DNA from: Mytilus edulis
Lineage: Eukaryota
Length of the DNA: 64,000 nt
Reading direction: 5' to 3'
Assembly: GCF_963676685.1 (NCBI RefSeq)
Contig: NC_092345.1
Location: 70,308,001-70,372,000, forward strand
Notes under the pieces: generated by a model
What the model saw: the letters and a program-made list of their open reading frames with translations, nothing else
What the model was told of the DNA's origin: nothing
The model's database searches: none
Position numbers and translations under genes: made by a program
Shown here: positions 1 through 13,957 of the stretch, in pieces
Layout of the letters: each line of letters starts with the position of its first letter
Position numbering within the stretch: position 1 is the first letter of the stretch

Positions 1-234
1 TTATATCCTACAAAGTGAACAAAATATATACTAATAAGCACTAATTAGTATAATATATTCATTGATGATGACCATGATTTAAATTATTATGATAATATCA
101 TGAGGATACTATACAACTAATACGCATGTGAAAATGTTATACCCAAATGAATTTTGCCAGAAAATGTGCTAGCTATCAAAAATAGAAGAGTCTAATACAT
201 GTCACATTAATAGAATATTTACTCTTTGTTTTAG

Positions 235-3200
235 ATCTACAGTTGTCCAGGATCTTAGAACGATATACACCGATGTGATGTCAACAGAAATATCTCCTAC
301 CGGCAGTAAGTTGAACAAAAATGAAAACGCTTGCAATTGGTTTAATTAATTTAAATTAATTTGATTATCAATATGTTCTAGCTGCGCAATTAATTTCTAA
401 GAGTAGCGCAAATGACTCACAACAATATCAATACGTTGTTAACTACATGTATCAGTGTTGTGACGCTCCTCAAAATTTGAATAATTTTCGTAAAAAGCCA
501 TGTTTCAACTTTGTTACAAACTACATGGTGTATCTTTTTAGGCAATATGAATCACATCATAAATTTAAAATGGTTGATTGATGGTGATTTCAAATATACA
601 CCATATATCTGTAAATGATTATTCTTACATGCTCCCATCTAAAATAAGTATCAGGTCTTCGTACATGTATGTGCCTCGGGTAACAATATAGAATAGAGTA
701 TATTAAGTGCAAATAATTGATGATTTACTTACGGATGACATATTCTTCTTATCTTCCCATATGCAGAATTTAGAAAGTTATTCGTTCATTCAATTCGATG
801 GCGGGTCCATCAGACGGGTTTTGGGGGTCGGAACCCCCGCCCTTTTTTTGGACGATCAAGGCATTCGCATGGAGGCATATGGTTGGTAAACCCCCTTCAA
901 TAATGTCTGGATCCGCCCCTTCAATTTTGACGGCACTTGTTTTAAACAACTAATAATTGTACATATTTTGACAAATTTCAGTTTCGACAACACGGGATAA
1001 AAAAGGTATATTAGTGTGAATCATCATGTATGCAATATTAAAATACTAATTTACCTACCTTAACTATTAAACTTTAATAATTCTGCTTTTGGAAAGGAGT
1101 GACAGTATACTAAAACACAAATGCGGTATATAATCCATTAAGCCTTAACCGCCATTACATAATTTGTTCTGTTTATGTTCTCATTTGATTTTTTTGTCCC
1201 CTGAGTAGGAAAGAGTAGTTAATTTTGATTGTTTTCGAGGTAGCTATTACAACTACCTGCTGTGTTTATTTTCATTCGTCAATAGCTATTATTACATCTT
1301 AATATTAGCCAATCATCCGAATGTATAAACATTTTATAGGAGAAAGCAATTGTCAAAGATAAAAAATGAACTGGAAACAATTGGCCTGCCAAAATGTCAC
1401 AACTAATATTGATATGAGAAGTGAATGTCCTATATTACTGAATGTGTTTAAAATAAAAGTATTTTGGGGTATCACTGAACTGATGAAACAAATCGACAAA
1501 TTCACCAGGTCAAACTGAGAAACAACGCCTTTAAAGCTATGTAGTTTCTGTATTTGTAGTAAAAGAACATTAGATTTTATTTGTGATACTAATGTCAAAT
1601 AATAGGTTACAGTATATTCTTGTTTTCTGTAATATGCAGTTAAGAAAGAGTGTTTGAGACTTTGTAGTACTCCGTTTTATCTTCAAATAAAAGAAAATAA
1701 AAAAAAACAAGACAAATAAAGCACTGGTGTTTTTATTCAAATCCTGGCTGGTCCATATAGACACTCATGGACGTACTGTATATTATTATTGGTTCAAAGA
1801 AAAAAATAGAAACCGTATTGTAAATATTGTTTGAGATCAGTAATCAATAGTAAAAAATCATTATTTCCATATATAATAATTTCATATAAGCATTGTGAAA
1901 AATGTACCTGGGGAATTAAATGGTCAATTCTTCAAACATTTCAGGAACATGTAAAAAGAAAACAGATTCACAAAATTTTGCAGCAATCAAAATTTTAGAA
2001 TGTTAAAAATGAAAATAAAATCATAATTCCTTTGGCTTTTGTTGGATTAATTGAATTATTAGGAGGGTAGGGTTTAACAACTTTATAGAAAACCTATTAT
2101 ATATGATATTAACAGAGTTGCATGTGTATGAATGTATTTTAGTGAACCTATTTCAACACACGATTCATTAAGTAACAGATGGCCTAGCCCAGAACTGTGT
2201 TATAGTGAATACGTTATATACAATAAGTAGACGAGTAACTTTATTTATTTGGTACATTACGTATTTCAGTTGTACGCCAAGATAATGAACGAAAAACATC
2301 AAATGTTATTCAGCAACCGCCCTCTGGGCCTCGTAAAATGTTTATTCTAAAGGCGTCTCCTCAAGAACCATTTGATTACTCATGGAGCAGTAATCCGAAA
2401 AACGTTCCGGCATCTTCCGTGCGGCAGAATATTCAAAATCAACAAGTTAATCCTCAGTCGTTTAATCAACCAGGAAATCCGAATAACGCACCGTCATCTT
2501 CCGTGCGACAGATTATTCCAAATCAACAAATTAATACTCAGTCGTTTAATCAACCAGGAAATCCTAACAACGCTCCATCATCTTCCGTGCGGCAGATTAT
2601 TCCAAATCAACAAATTAATACTCAATCGTTTAATCAACCAGGAAATCCTAATGTACTTTCCTCTACTTTGCGGAGTCCGTCAAATCAGCAACCAAATAAT
2701 AGAGTTATTGGAAACGTCAGAAGTAATGTACAACAAATTGCTCCCCAAACGAATAACGGGGTGCAATTTCCACCAACGAACAATATTGTACAACCGTCGA
2801 ATAATATTGTACAACCGTCGTTGAATAGTTTAACCAATATGCAACGTTCACGACCGGCTCTTAACACAGGTCCATCTAATATAAGACCGGCACGTAATCA
2901 ATTGACAGGAGCGCAAACCTCCTTAATTTCTAGTAACCAACAAATAACAAACTCCAGAACTTCAATGATGAAAAATTTATCTTTACAAAGAAATCAGCAA
3001 CTTATGTTACCTGTGTCTACAAATATAAGTAATCAAAATGTGCCAATGCAATCACAATCAACAAGTATGCAACAACCTAAAAATGCACTAATATTAACAG
3101 GTGGGGCACAAATAAGTGATCCGAATATGAGATCAGTACCGGCTGATTTATTGAGTCCAGGAATGCTACCCGATATTCAACCAGAAATTGTAGCTCAGAA

Positions 3201-4220
3201 AATAGGAGTAAGAACGACAATTCGGACACCTTTGCCATTGCGAATTTCAAAAACAATATCAATGGGAGTAACCACTAATCCAGTAACTAAGATTAACCGT
3301 ATTAATAAAACTAATAAAGTAGCCATGCCAGTTAACAATATTGGAGAAAGGCAATCTAATAACTTAGCGACGTCTATGAAAAAGGACAATGAATTTCGTC
3401 AACTTAATGGTAAGTATGTTGTTTTACTGTCCTCGAAAAGCACTCGCCAACAAATGATCGGACTCTGTACAATAAGCTATAACAGGATAGTCAAACATGC
3501 ATATTATAACAGTTGTGAATTATCTATTATTTTTGTTAATTATATGAGTAATTATCAACTATAGAATTCCATTAATCATAACATATTACTTCCAATAAGC
3601 TTTGCTTTCTATTATACAACAGCTTTATCAGGATACGATGTGATGATAGTTATTATGTGCAGCACTGCGTCAATTGTTGTATTTTTCGTGTATAGGTCAG
3701 GCATTTCCTTTTCCTTTATTTGTCAGAGTCGTTTCGAAACGCCGCTAAGGTGTATATAAAAGACAATTATTCCTATTAAGCTCCTGGACACATATTTATT
3801 TGGTAAATGCAACACTTTTATGATTAAAGTTAAGCTGCAAGGTCAAATAAGATTAAAGATAATTTTATAACAGGAAATGCGATGGAACTGACATAAATTT
3901 AGTAGCAATAAAACATGTCAAGAAGGTTAGTGTTTTACCACGTTTGCAAACTACCAAAGCTAAATTCGCTTATGATAATGCTAACATAAAATTAAATCAA
4001 CCAATAGTATACATGACCATATTGCATACGTCTGAATAGCGATATTTTGTTTTCCAAACATCTATTGTAAGCCAATGTATTAAGTTAGAATACTTTGTGA
4101 GTTATAATAAGCTCAGTTTATATTTCTGGTTTTTTTTCAGATGACAAGAAGAATTCTGGATGCACAGCTGTGATATCTACCTTGATTATGTTAATACCTC
4201 TTGTTTTTATAATTCTGTAA
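235..4220 (+). CDS. 3' part of a multi-exon gene: putative GPI-anchored protein with N/Q/P/S-rich stalk, possibly Reeler-domain-containing (5' exons lie upstream of the window)
   Basis: Exons 235-305, 982-1005, 2270-3409 and 4141-4220 have AG/GT boundaries and join in frame (internal junctions all phase 1). The last exon encodes DDKKNSGCTAVISTLIMLIPLVFIIL*: small-residue omega site plus hydrophobic tail, as in GPI signals. The first visible exon, STVVQDLRTIYTDVMS, resembles the C-terminal strands of Reeler domains (inference). AATAAA motifs follow the stop. Confidence 0.75.
798..920. mobile_element. Short MITE-like element
   Basis: GC-rich island with imperfect inverted ends ggcgggtcca ... 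tggatccgcc inside an AT-rich intron. Confidence 0.5.
2407..2655 (+). repeat. Coding tandem repeat, 84 bp / 28 aa x3
   Basis: tcttccgtgcg recurs at 2413, 2497 and 2581; unit PSSSVRQIIPNQQINTQSFNQPGNPNNA. Confidence 0.9.
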
Positions 4221-5233
4221 TAAATACGAACAGTCTATTTAAGTTTATAATCATTCAGTCGTCATTATTTATACGACGAAGAGCTCCTGGCTTGTTTGGA
4301 GTTTGACACAACTTGTTGTAAATATATACCGTAGTTTTCCAAACTGTATGGGTCGTTTCCATATATGTTTTGTTTGTTACTTTGTTCTCCTTTAAATGTT
4401 TTTTGTTTTATATCTTCATTTTTGTCACGTGGTATACATTCAAATAGAAGTATAACGAAACTAGTTTGCTGATTCGACCAGTTGCCACGACGTCCTCATG
4501 GAAATAATAAAATTTTGTTTACTACATGTATTTGTATTGCAGTGAGAAGCAATTATACAATTATGGAATAAACATAATACAAACATAGAAAGGAGGGACA
4601 AAAAATACCAGAGGGACAGTCAAACTCATAAATCGAAAATAAGCCGTTTAAAAAATGACGTTCAATCTCTTTGTCGAATTTCATTTTTAAGTACTATGAC
4701 TTGTATATAAAACCAAGAGATGTAAGATGATTGACAGTGAGACCAATTGTCTACCAGAAATTAAATGATGTATATGTTAGCAACTGAGTAATTTTGTACC
4801 TGCTCTGCTCTTCAAATTGAACGAATGACGTTCAATAAACCGATGACTTCCAAATGATCGACGTTATCCACCTAAGTATGTAGGTCACATTTATATCAAG
4901 CGAAAAGTAATTAGAAGAAACTATTGTCAAATACTATCAAACAGACAGACATACATACACTACAGTTGTTGTCCATTCGTTCCATGTGTGTGAAATTTTT
5001 AATTTTGCCATTGATAAGGGACTTCCGTTTTGAATTTTCATCAGAGTTCAGTATTTTCGTGATTTTACTTTTTACTCTCTATACATTATCAGGTATGTAT
5101 AGAGAATTGAATACGAAATTGCTGTAAGTAATTTGTGAGAACTAATAACAGAAAACTGTATAGATTCAATCTTTTTATGTTTGAATATACCCTTCTCATA
5201 AAATAATGTATTTATATGTTAACCCCATGCTCT

Positions 5234-8200
5234 TTATTTTTTATTTGGTTCTAAGTATCTTGAAAGTAGAAGATTACTGATATCGAAATCTGCTCTGGTA
5301 ATATTTCCTCGCCTATGATTATCAGCAGAAAATTCTAAAACGGCGTTCATTGCAATTCCTAGCCTTCCAACAAACTCAACTGAAAAAGATGTAAAATTAT
5401 CTCTTGCAGTATACATAAAATACAGAAAGGGATGACGCCCGTCACCCTTTTTCAGTTTTAAAGATCCCTCGGGGCGAATTCGAATCCGTTGATGTGAAGG
5501 TAAAAAAAGATCTCCCGATCTGTATGCCAAGCTGTTTTTCTGTTCTTGATGCTCTAAAAGTACAGAGTCTACACGTTGTTTTAAGCAACATTCTGCAATG
5601 AAATAAATTGTTTTGTCCGTTTTCTTTAGAAAAAACACTAAGACTGTACACAGCATGCGGGTACCATAAAAAGCTTCTAATTCGTCCGTCAGTATTGTTG
5701 TTAGTTTCTTGTGGTCAAGCTGGTTCGGTTTAATTCTAGCAAAAAGCACACTGAAATAAAAATAATTATTGATAGTTTTAACAACCCAATAATCAAAACA
5801 CACAGTTCCAAAGATATATGTATTATTTCAGGAAAGCAGCGTGCCGAAACTATAACAGAAACGAAAGTATTTCAGTATTGCTTGATATTCTTTGAGACGA
5901 GTTTCAAGCTTCTAGTATTGCATATTGCAATAATGACAACTTAGTCAGCTTCAAACAGTGTACGTTATCTTTCTCTTTGAAGGTGTTTTGTCTTTATTAT
6001 AAGAATGGTATTTATTACTATTGATGATTTTAAACCATTTTTTTTTTCTCATGTAAATTTTGTGAGTACTAGATATGTTGAAGGTGATTATTTTTCTATT
6101 GATTCAGTACTTTGCAAATGTCTGATTAACATTAAGCTAAATAGTCACCAACACACTTCATGACTATTAATTATGTGTAACACATCATCATGTTCCAATT
6201 ACTGGTCATCTACACTGGACATATACTAATTAAACCATAAGGAAACAAGTAACGAAGTGATTTTATTTATATCACAGGAACTGACCGAAAGCGCATCAAA
6301 AAGCATCGAAAAAAAAATAGTAGAAAGTTAACGTTCGTTTGTTTCTTTTGACAAGTGTTTAATTGTGGTTGCTTTATAGTGATATTTTTCGTTGTTTGGT
6401 TGTGTTTTTTATAACTTTTTATGCCCCACCTAGGTATCCAGTATACAGATTGGGTGTTTTCATAGTATAACAAAGAAGAAACAAATTTATGATATATATA
6501 GATTTATAAGCTATATGACGACCACGGGCTGGAAAAATGAGAAAATATTTCGGTTTTATTTATAATATGACTTGCTAAGTAATATCATGACATTGCATAA
6601 TCGAAGCGTTGTGAAAATAACCATCATAAAAAATAAAATAAACTTATCGTTATTCTCCTGTGTCTTTAATATTTACCCATCAGAGTCTCGTATTTGACCA
6701 GTATACTCCTTTGTGTCAGTCTTTTTACCTGTTGGAAGAACTACGATTTCACTCTTATTGAAAACAATCATTTTTACGTGAGGATTATCTGAACCAACTA
6801 GTTCTTGGCTACTTTTCGGGTCACTGGTTAGTCTGGCAGAAACACTGATGGGTCCCTTTAGTTGTGTCTTGTTAAAATCTAATGTTATCTTGTGGCTCAC
6901 GGCTTCAACCAATGTCTTAGAATAAACGTCCTTGTTCTCAAGTTTTCCAATAGGTCTTTGTATCTAATAAATATGTTGTAGCAATATAATGTTCACAAAA
7001 GGAGGTGAAATGTTTTTAATTACATTTTTTTCGTGTTTCCAAAATTTCGATTTTGAAACAAAATCTAAGATATTCTGTGGTGTTTGTCGATGATTGAATA
7101 GTTCGTTGTTGTTCTGCGATTTGCATGTTGTGTCGACTATTGTATTATTTGTTTGTCCGTTTCTCTTTGATCACTGTTTTTGCCTGTATTTGTGCTGTAT
7201 TTCTGTCACGTAGTGTTTTCATTTTAACGATATTATTTAACATTGTCATGAAGCAGGAAGTTTGGTTAGCTATTCAACCAGATTCAACCCACCATGTTTT
7301 CTTAAATCGTCCTGTACCTAGTCAGTAATATTGCAGTTGTTATCAAATAGTTCATTTCTATGTATGTTGGCGTTGGTTCCGCTTCCTTTGTTTTCCTCTT
7401 ATAGTTGATGTGTTTTCCTCAGTTTAAGTTGGTAACCCGGACTTGTTTTCTCTCAATCGATTTATGACTTTTGAACTTTGGTATACTACTATTGCCTTTA
7501 TTTAAGATATCGTGTACATGATATAAACCCAGATGAAACATTTGTTTTTATGATATTGTTCTTAAAACACTGACAACAACGACGAACTTAGCAAACATAT
7601 ATTACGTAACGTTAAAGTCAAAACAAACGACTGTCAATCGAATTGACAATAATGGAATTTATGTATTATACTAGTACATGAATTCGGTTATTTTAGTGAA
7701 ACGTGTGTATTTCGTCGTTACAGTGCTTTCTTTGTCATATTTTATTTAGTTGTTAAGATGTACAGTTATGACGTCAAAATTTGAAGTAAACGTTCTTTTT
7801 AACTTTTAGCAGCGAGAGAGCAAAAATAATTAGATGGAAGACTTTTTCGAAAAAAAAACATCCTCCATCCAATATATATAGAAATAAAATAATAAAAGTG
7901 ATATATACATACCATATACTCTATTTTTAGTTCTACCTCTGTACAGCCTTTCGTAAAGTTAACTGTCATGCAATCATTCCCTCCAGTTTTTATCACAGAT
8001 CCCTCAGACTTCACGTCATGTTTAAATTTTTTTGGGCGGGCCACAAGCAAAAAGCTATTCATTCGACAGCATGGAAATTCAATATAGTCAAACTGTCATT
8101 ATAATGAACAATTAGCATTTAATTTCAAAACATCAGTATTTTCAAAAATTTTGTTACAGAATATTTTTTCGTAAAGTACTCGTATACATATACAGTGTTC

Positions 8201-10781
8201 GTAATAACTCGTTCCAACCAGCGTAAAACATCGTTACCTGACTCCGTGGACAATTTAGAGATGATGTTTGTCATTTATTCATTCATGCAGGCGATTGTAT
8301 TCGATCTTGCAAACCGTAAGGGTAAACCTGTGTATGTGTAGGCACAATTCGTAACATTCAGGCAAAAAATGGTGAACATGTTTAGCTTGTTCTAGAATTA
8401 AATACACACTAATCGTAATGTCGTCTAAGTACAGTTATTGCGTCATTATTTTGGTCTTGTTTGTCATTGTTTAGTTAAGTGTTTCTGAATATCAAAATGA
8501 ATTAACATTGTAATATGACCTTAAAGATGTTATGAAGATAAGGTAAGTGTTTTAAAGTGTTTAACTAATATGTGTGTACAAGCATTTGTTTTAATTATAT
8601 AGATACTGGTAATAAAGAAAATATAACGCTTGCCTACACAATTTAAAAGAAGGTAATACGGAGTCCTGTTTCTTTTTCCTGCGTGTTTCAACATATTATT
8701 TGTTATAATTTACAATTGCTTTTAAATATTATGAAAAATAGAAACTAATGAAAAAATTTCAATATGAAGATTTATTGTCATGGTTTGTTAAAGTAATGTC
8801 AAGCCGTTTTTAAAACATTTATGAATCATACATATAACCCAAAATGAAAGAAAAAGGGTATGACAAGGAGAGGCTTAAATATTATAGAAGTTTGTGCAAA
8901 CGTCCGACTTGTATTATGCTAAACTTTATGTGATGAGGTTACCAGTTAATTACCTTTACATATGCTGGCACCTCCTTCCATCTGTTCTCTGCATCTTCAA
9001 TTAGCGCCCAATAATCATTAATGTCGCTGTCCTTGACGAAGGAGTGGTATACCGGAACTTGAAGGTACACTTTCTTCTTATATTTATCGCGGACAGAAAA
9101 TACACACTGTTTTTCTTTAAAACGTTTACTTTCTGAAGGATCGGTCAATTCTTCCAATCCGGGTGTATCAGGTTGGCCTAATAGTCTATATATGTCCGAC
9201 ACCAGCGTGATATGATTTGGAAGACTTACATCATTAAGATAGTCGTCTCTTTCCTTAGATGTCCAATTTTCCACTTTAAAACATTTAAATGGTGCTGAGA
9301 GTTCTGGTTCTGTCCGTAATCTGATCCCCTGCCCTAAAACTACAATACCGTGTCCTTCAACGTAATACAAAAAATCATTCAAAACGTGTGGATCGGGTGA
9401 ATGGTCGACAATCCTGGGGGTGGGTGGTGTTGATGGTCGTTCTGGACTTTCTTCTCTCTTAAATCAAAAACATGACTTTTCAAATAATAATTTATACAAA
9501 TTATCAAATGAAACTTTTTATCGAATGCGTACTTGTCATCCTCCACCTGCTGTGTACCCTAGAGAAATAAGAATCCTTACATACCCGTTCTGATCACCTG
9601 AATCCCTGTCACTTTTAATAAATTTGCATTTCTAAATTGTTATGCCCCCGCATACTTGCATAAAAGGTGCATATCATTTCCGGATAGCATTTCCGGATAA
9701 CTCCCCCTACAGTTTGAATGCTAGGAAGTTTTCACTTTGTTGCTGTTAGTACATATATTGAAGGTGTGCATGTGGTCAGGGTTTTGATTTTTATTAATAT
9801 TTGCTCTTTTGGGAGATAGTTAGACTTTGTCATTTTTGGAGTATATATTACTTGCATAAGAGGTGCATAGCATTTCTGAATAACTCCTCCTACAGTTTGA
9901 ATGCTAGGAAGTTTTCCCTTTGCAGGTTGTATGTACATATATTTAAGGTGTGCATGTGGTCAGGGTTTTGATATTTATTAAAATTTGCTCTTTTGGGAGA
10001 TAGATAAAAAACTTTGTCATTTTTGGAGTATATCGTTATACTTGCATAATAAGTGTATAGAATTTCCGGTTAACTTTTTCATTAGTTTGAATGCTAGGAA
10101 GTTTTCACTATGCAAAAATAGAATTAACTGTAAAAAGTACATATTCCGAAGAACAAATTAAAGAAAATTATAACACGCGAATAAGATGATAATTTACCAT
10201 ATCACTATAGCACAATGACGGGATGTTTAAGTACAGAGACACGTCAAATGGATATTTCCACATATGAACTTAGCAGTAAAAGCTTTATTTATAAAGACAA
10301 ATTAAAGAATACTATAACAATTTATAAGGATGATAATTTATAAACTTGATATGAAAATCTAGAGTTTTGAGTATCGGTATATCATTGTTGATCCTTACTT
10401 ATTTAATTCAGCGTGTATTAAGTATTTGAGTAATTTACTGATATTTGTTTTCCGATATTTGTATTGTGGTAAAAAGTACTTGTTTTTAGTTTCGTACACT
10501 TTTTAAACTTATATATTTACTTTTTATTCCATAGGTCATTCTTAAAATTATGAAACGGTAGTTTTTTCTGCAAGAGCTATTCTAATACTTTATTGCATTT
10601 TATACAGGATTTTATACCGTTTCAAACTATATCATTTGCATATATTTGAAAGGCTGGATTTTTGTTTTACAATAATATTGTTTCCACTGTAAGAAAATAT
10701 TTGTACTTAAAATTAAAAATGATAATTCATTACCTTTTCTGGTCGCGGTTTTGAAGGTCCAAATATACGCGAAAACATCAT
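5234..10781 (-). CDS. Paralogue A: ZU5-ZU5-UPA protein, DTHD1/PIDD-like, no death domain (~511 aa)
   Basis: Exons 10781-10734 (MMFSRIFGPSKPRPEK), 9457-8954, 8092-7913, 6963-6677 and 5750-5234. All introns are GT-AG, phases 0,0,0,2, and the frame is open. Homologous exon by exon to B and C. LVSDIY..VPV..W..VP, EF..RMNSFLLVARP..G..I...V.F.KG and CTVLVFF..AECC..F.LP.HQRIRIRP.G resemble ZU5a, ZU5b and UPA. Confidence 0.8.
9638..10110. mobile_element. Helentron/HINE-like element with ~190-bp tandem core (about 2.5 units)
   Basis: Begins ttgttatgcccccg (DINE/Helentron-like end); the unit start tacttgcataa recurs at ~9653, 9849 and 10039. Lies in intron 1 of paralogue A. Confidence 0.55.
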
Positions 10782-11330
10782 ACAGTACTTAGAAGTTTAT
10801 CATTTGACATTACACGTCCAAAACCATATTCTTCCTGATTGTATGCGTAAATCGATGATTTAACATTAAGACATTGCTGAATAGCATTTTTAATTGATTG
10901 AATTATAACTGAGATAATGACTATTTAAATGACTATTGTAATCTATATATACTTTGTGTAAAACATCATGATAGTATGACGTCATTGCTCATAAGGTTCA
11001 AGTTTAAATTAACGATAGACAAATTGTGCTGATTAAATTCCGATAAGTTGAAGTATTTTTACAGTAAAATTATCATTTTATCATAACATGTTAGCGTTTA
11101 TGCTTACAATATTCGTTTTAATTCTTATGATCATTTCACAGCTCTCTGGTCAGTTCTTCGGACAATATCGACATTTTAAGATTAAGATAATAACACAATG
11201 TTGACTTCTGTCCCCCTATTTTTGACATTTTTACCTTTTATGCCTGTTTGTTTAGTTTACAAATCGTTCTCATTATAATGGAACTTGATACGACTGTCAT
11301 ACAAGTGAAAGTTGTAGCTAGCTATAAAAG

Positions 11331-12015
11331 CCAATCAGACATCTTTAAACTGATGTAATTTATTTCATCCTTCTTTATAATTTATAAATGAGGTACCAAA
11401 AGAAAGAAGAAAGAATAATCTTTCAAATTGTGATAATTTCATAATGACATAATTATTACATAATCAATTGTTATGTAATTAGTTGCTATATTGTGATGTC
11501 CACACTTGAATGAATTTAGCGTCTTTGTTCTTCATAGCATCCCAAAATATTTTATAGATTCTTGTACAACACAGCTTGACCTCAAAAACTTTGTCTCAGA
11601 TTTCCAAAAACATCAATAGAACAAGTTTTATACCAAATTGAGTTTAGTGATCTCTTATGAATTGATGTTGCAAACTTCATTGAAGATTTATGAGAGAATG
11701 AAATACAATAGAAAAAATCTGAGACACTGTTTTGGAGGTCAAACTGTGTTGTGCAAGAATCTATAAAATATTTTGGAATGCTATGAATAACAAAGAAACT
11801 AAATTCATTCAAGTATGGACATCACAATATAGCAACTAATTACATAACAATTGATTTTGTAATAATTATGTCATAATGAAATTATCACAATTTGAAAGAT
11901 TAATCATTCTTCTTTCTTTTGGTACCTCATTTATAAAATTTAAAGAAGGATGAGTGGAATTACATCAGTTTAAAGATGTCTGATTGGGGATGAAAAATCT
12001 TTGTATTGTGCTACC
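11331..12015. mobile_element. Foldback element with ~270-bp inverted arms
   Basis: 11331-11603 is the near reverse complement of ~11714-11987; the right end runs on to gtgctacc|ttaa (12008-12019). It interrupts a common dispersed repeat. Confidence 0.8.
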
Positions 12016-12783
12016 TTAATTTGCCGTTTTCTACATCTTGAATTGCCTGTACCAAGTCAGGAATATGACAGTTGTTATCCATTTGTTTGATGTATTTGAT
12101 TAGGGACTTTACGTGTTAAATTTTCCTCGGAGTTCACCATGTTTGTGATTTTATAAGTATTTTAATTTTATAGCCATTATTTCTTTAAATGCATTTGAAT
12201 CTTTGAAGTATATCAGGTGATATGTTGAAATTGAGAAAAACCAATACGTTTCCATTGTTTTTTAACGATTCTTTTTTATCAAGTTAGAGACTGTACAGAT
12301 ATATACTTATTTAATTATTGTTCTCAAAGTTTGACAGACACATACACACATACAATTGAGCTATTCTGATATTTAATATGTGTTTTCTTCATCACGAAAA
12401 TTTTGTAAAAAAGTAAGAACTGTCTATCGAACTTTTAATTCCGATTGTTTTATTGATAAAAAGAAAGAAAAAAAGACCGCGTGCTGAGGGTCTTATATTC
12501 AGCAGAATTGAAATATTATATAAATGTAGACATGTTTTCAGATACCAAGTTATCTATATAATGGATATACTTTTATTTTTTCTCCGACTTAATTTTTCAG
12601 ATAAAAAATTTAAATGATGCCATGAAAGTTAAAAACCCTTATGTGTACCTTTTTGATATAAAGCATAGCGATAATGTTTTTTTTCATACTTAATATAGAA
12701 GCAGGGAAAAAAACCAAATCAGTTATAAAATTGATAATCGACAAACATAACATGACAACAATTCTTTAAAAAAAATAATCCAT

Positions 12784-12827
12784 GCGTCCGAAGCGCTTTT
12801 CTAGATTTACCTTCATCAGGATCGCTC
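12784..12827 (-). ncRNA. Type I hammerhead ribozyme, minimal stem II variant (retrozyme fragment)
   Basis: Minus strand reads GAGCGATC-CTGATGA-AGGTAAATCTA-GAAA-AGCGCT-TC^GGACGC: intact CUGAUGA/GAAA core, palindromic stem III, stem I pairing. Confidence 0.7.
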
Positions 12828-13957
12828 AATGCTAAAAAATGATTTTGTTATTTAAAAAAACTGAAAAAGAAAGTTGCCATCCCTGTCTATTGTTACACAA
12901 TAACATTCACCCTCCGATTTGTCACACAGAGGGAAATTTTCAAAAAGTAAAGGTGAAACAAATAAATGATAAATTCGTCGAATCGATTGCAGAAGATTCA
13001 ATAACACTGACCAGAGCTTAAAAGTCCATATCAGATTGACATAAATCCGTTGGAAAGGGACGCTACCTAAAGTTTTATAAAATAAAGGTTGAATCAATTA
13101 TAGTATTTGTCAAGAAACTGACTGACAAAAGATAGAATCATAGGTATTAAATCTATTGGCAGGATTTTACTTGACCACCAACAAGAATACTTTTACATTA
13201 AAACTATTTTGAACAAAATATTTTTAAAACAGATGGATTAAGTGATCCGTGCTCTTGAATAATAGAATCCTATATCAACTTATCAGAAAATGATAAGCAC
13301 AGTAAAACAATATCAAACGAGTTAACCTATCACAGATTGTTGAACTATACGAGTTTTGCAAAATCGATTATTTTGTATGTTCCCTTTACAATATATGGTC
13401 TAATATAGGAACAGGGTAGATTTATGTTTTAACCACGCTGCAATTCCTTAAATGTTATTTTACATGCTTTCTAATTGAAAGGTAGAAGGTCTGTTTCTAT
13501 ACACATGCATTGAATGTAAGAAACAGATGATAAAACCCTTTCCCATGTTAAAAACCTATATAGAAATAATAAGATGTTGCATATTTACCATAAAACAGGT
13601 ATCCATCGTATAACCAAGACATAATCATCTACAGGGTACCATACATCCTTCAACAAGACTGATTATACTAATATTGAGCACCTACTAAAACTATTTTTTA
13701 AAGTATGATTTAATTCGTAGTACATATTGGTTTCATAATATTGTGTTGGCACACTTAACAATTATCTTATCTACTAATACAGCTTGAGTATACAGATCTT
13801 TTGTCAAAATATACTCGTTTGTTTCCACAGACAGCATAATGATGTAGGAATTGAAGTTATATCGAATTATTTAGGTAACATATTTTAATTAAAATATTGC
13901 TTATAGTATATGCATACATTGCATAGTTGATTCAAGTTTACATTAAAAGTCCATACG

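Noticed and set aside
2372-3389. Overlapping alternate-frame and antisense ORFs
   Set aside because: Shadows of the repetitive large exon.
3410-3564. C-terminal extension of the 408-aa ORF
   Set aside because: A strong donor G|gtaagt at 3409/3410 and an in-phase terminal exon at 4141 indicate this is intron.
8040-8075. PIDD1-type autoproteolytic HFS site in ZU5
   Set aside because: The equivalent positions read RMNSF/RLNSF and DSDG/GYDG with no His-Phe-Ser, so self-cleavage is unsupported.
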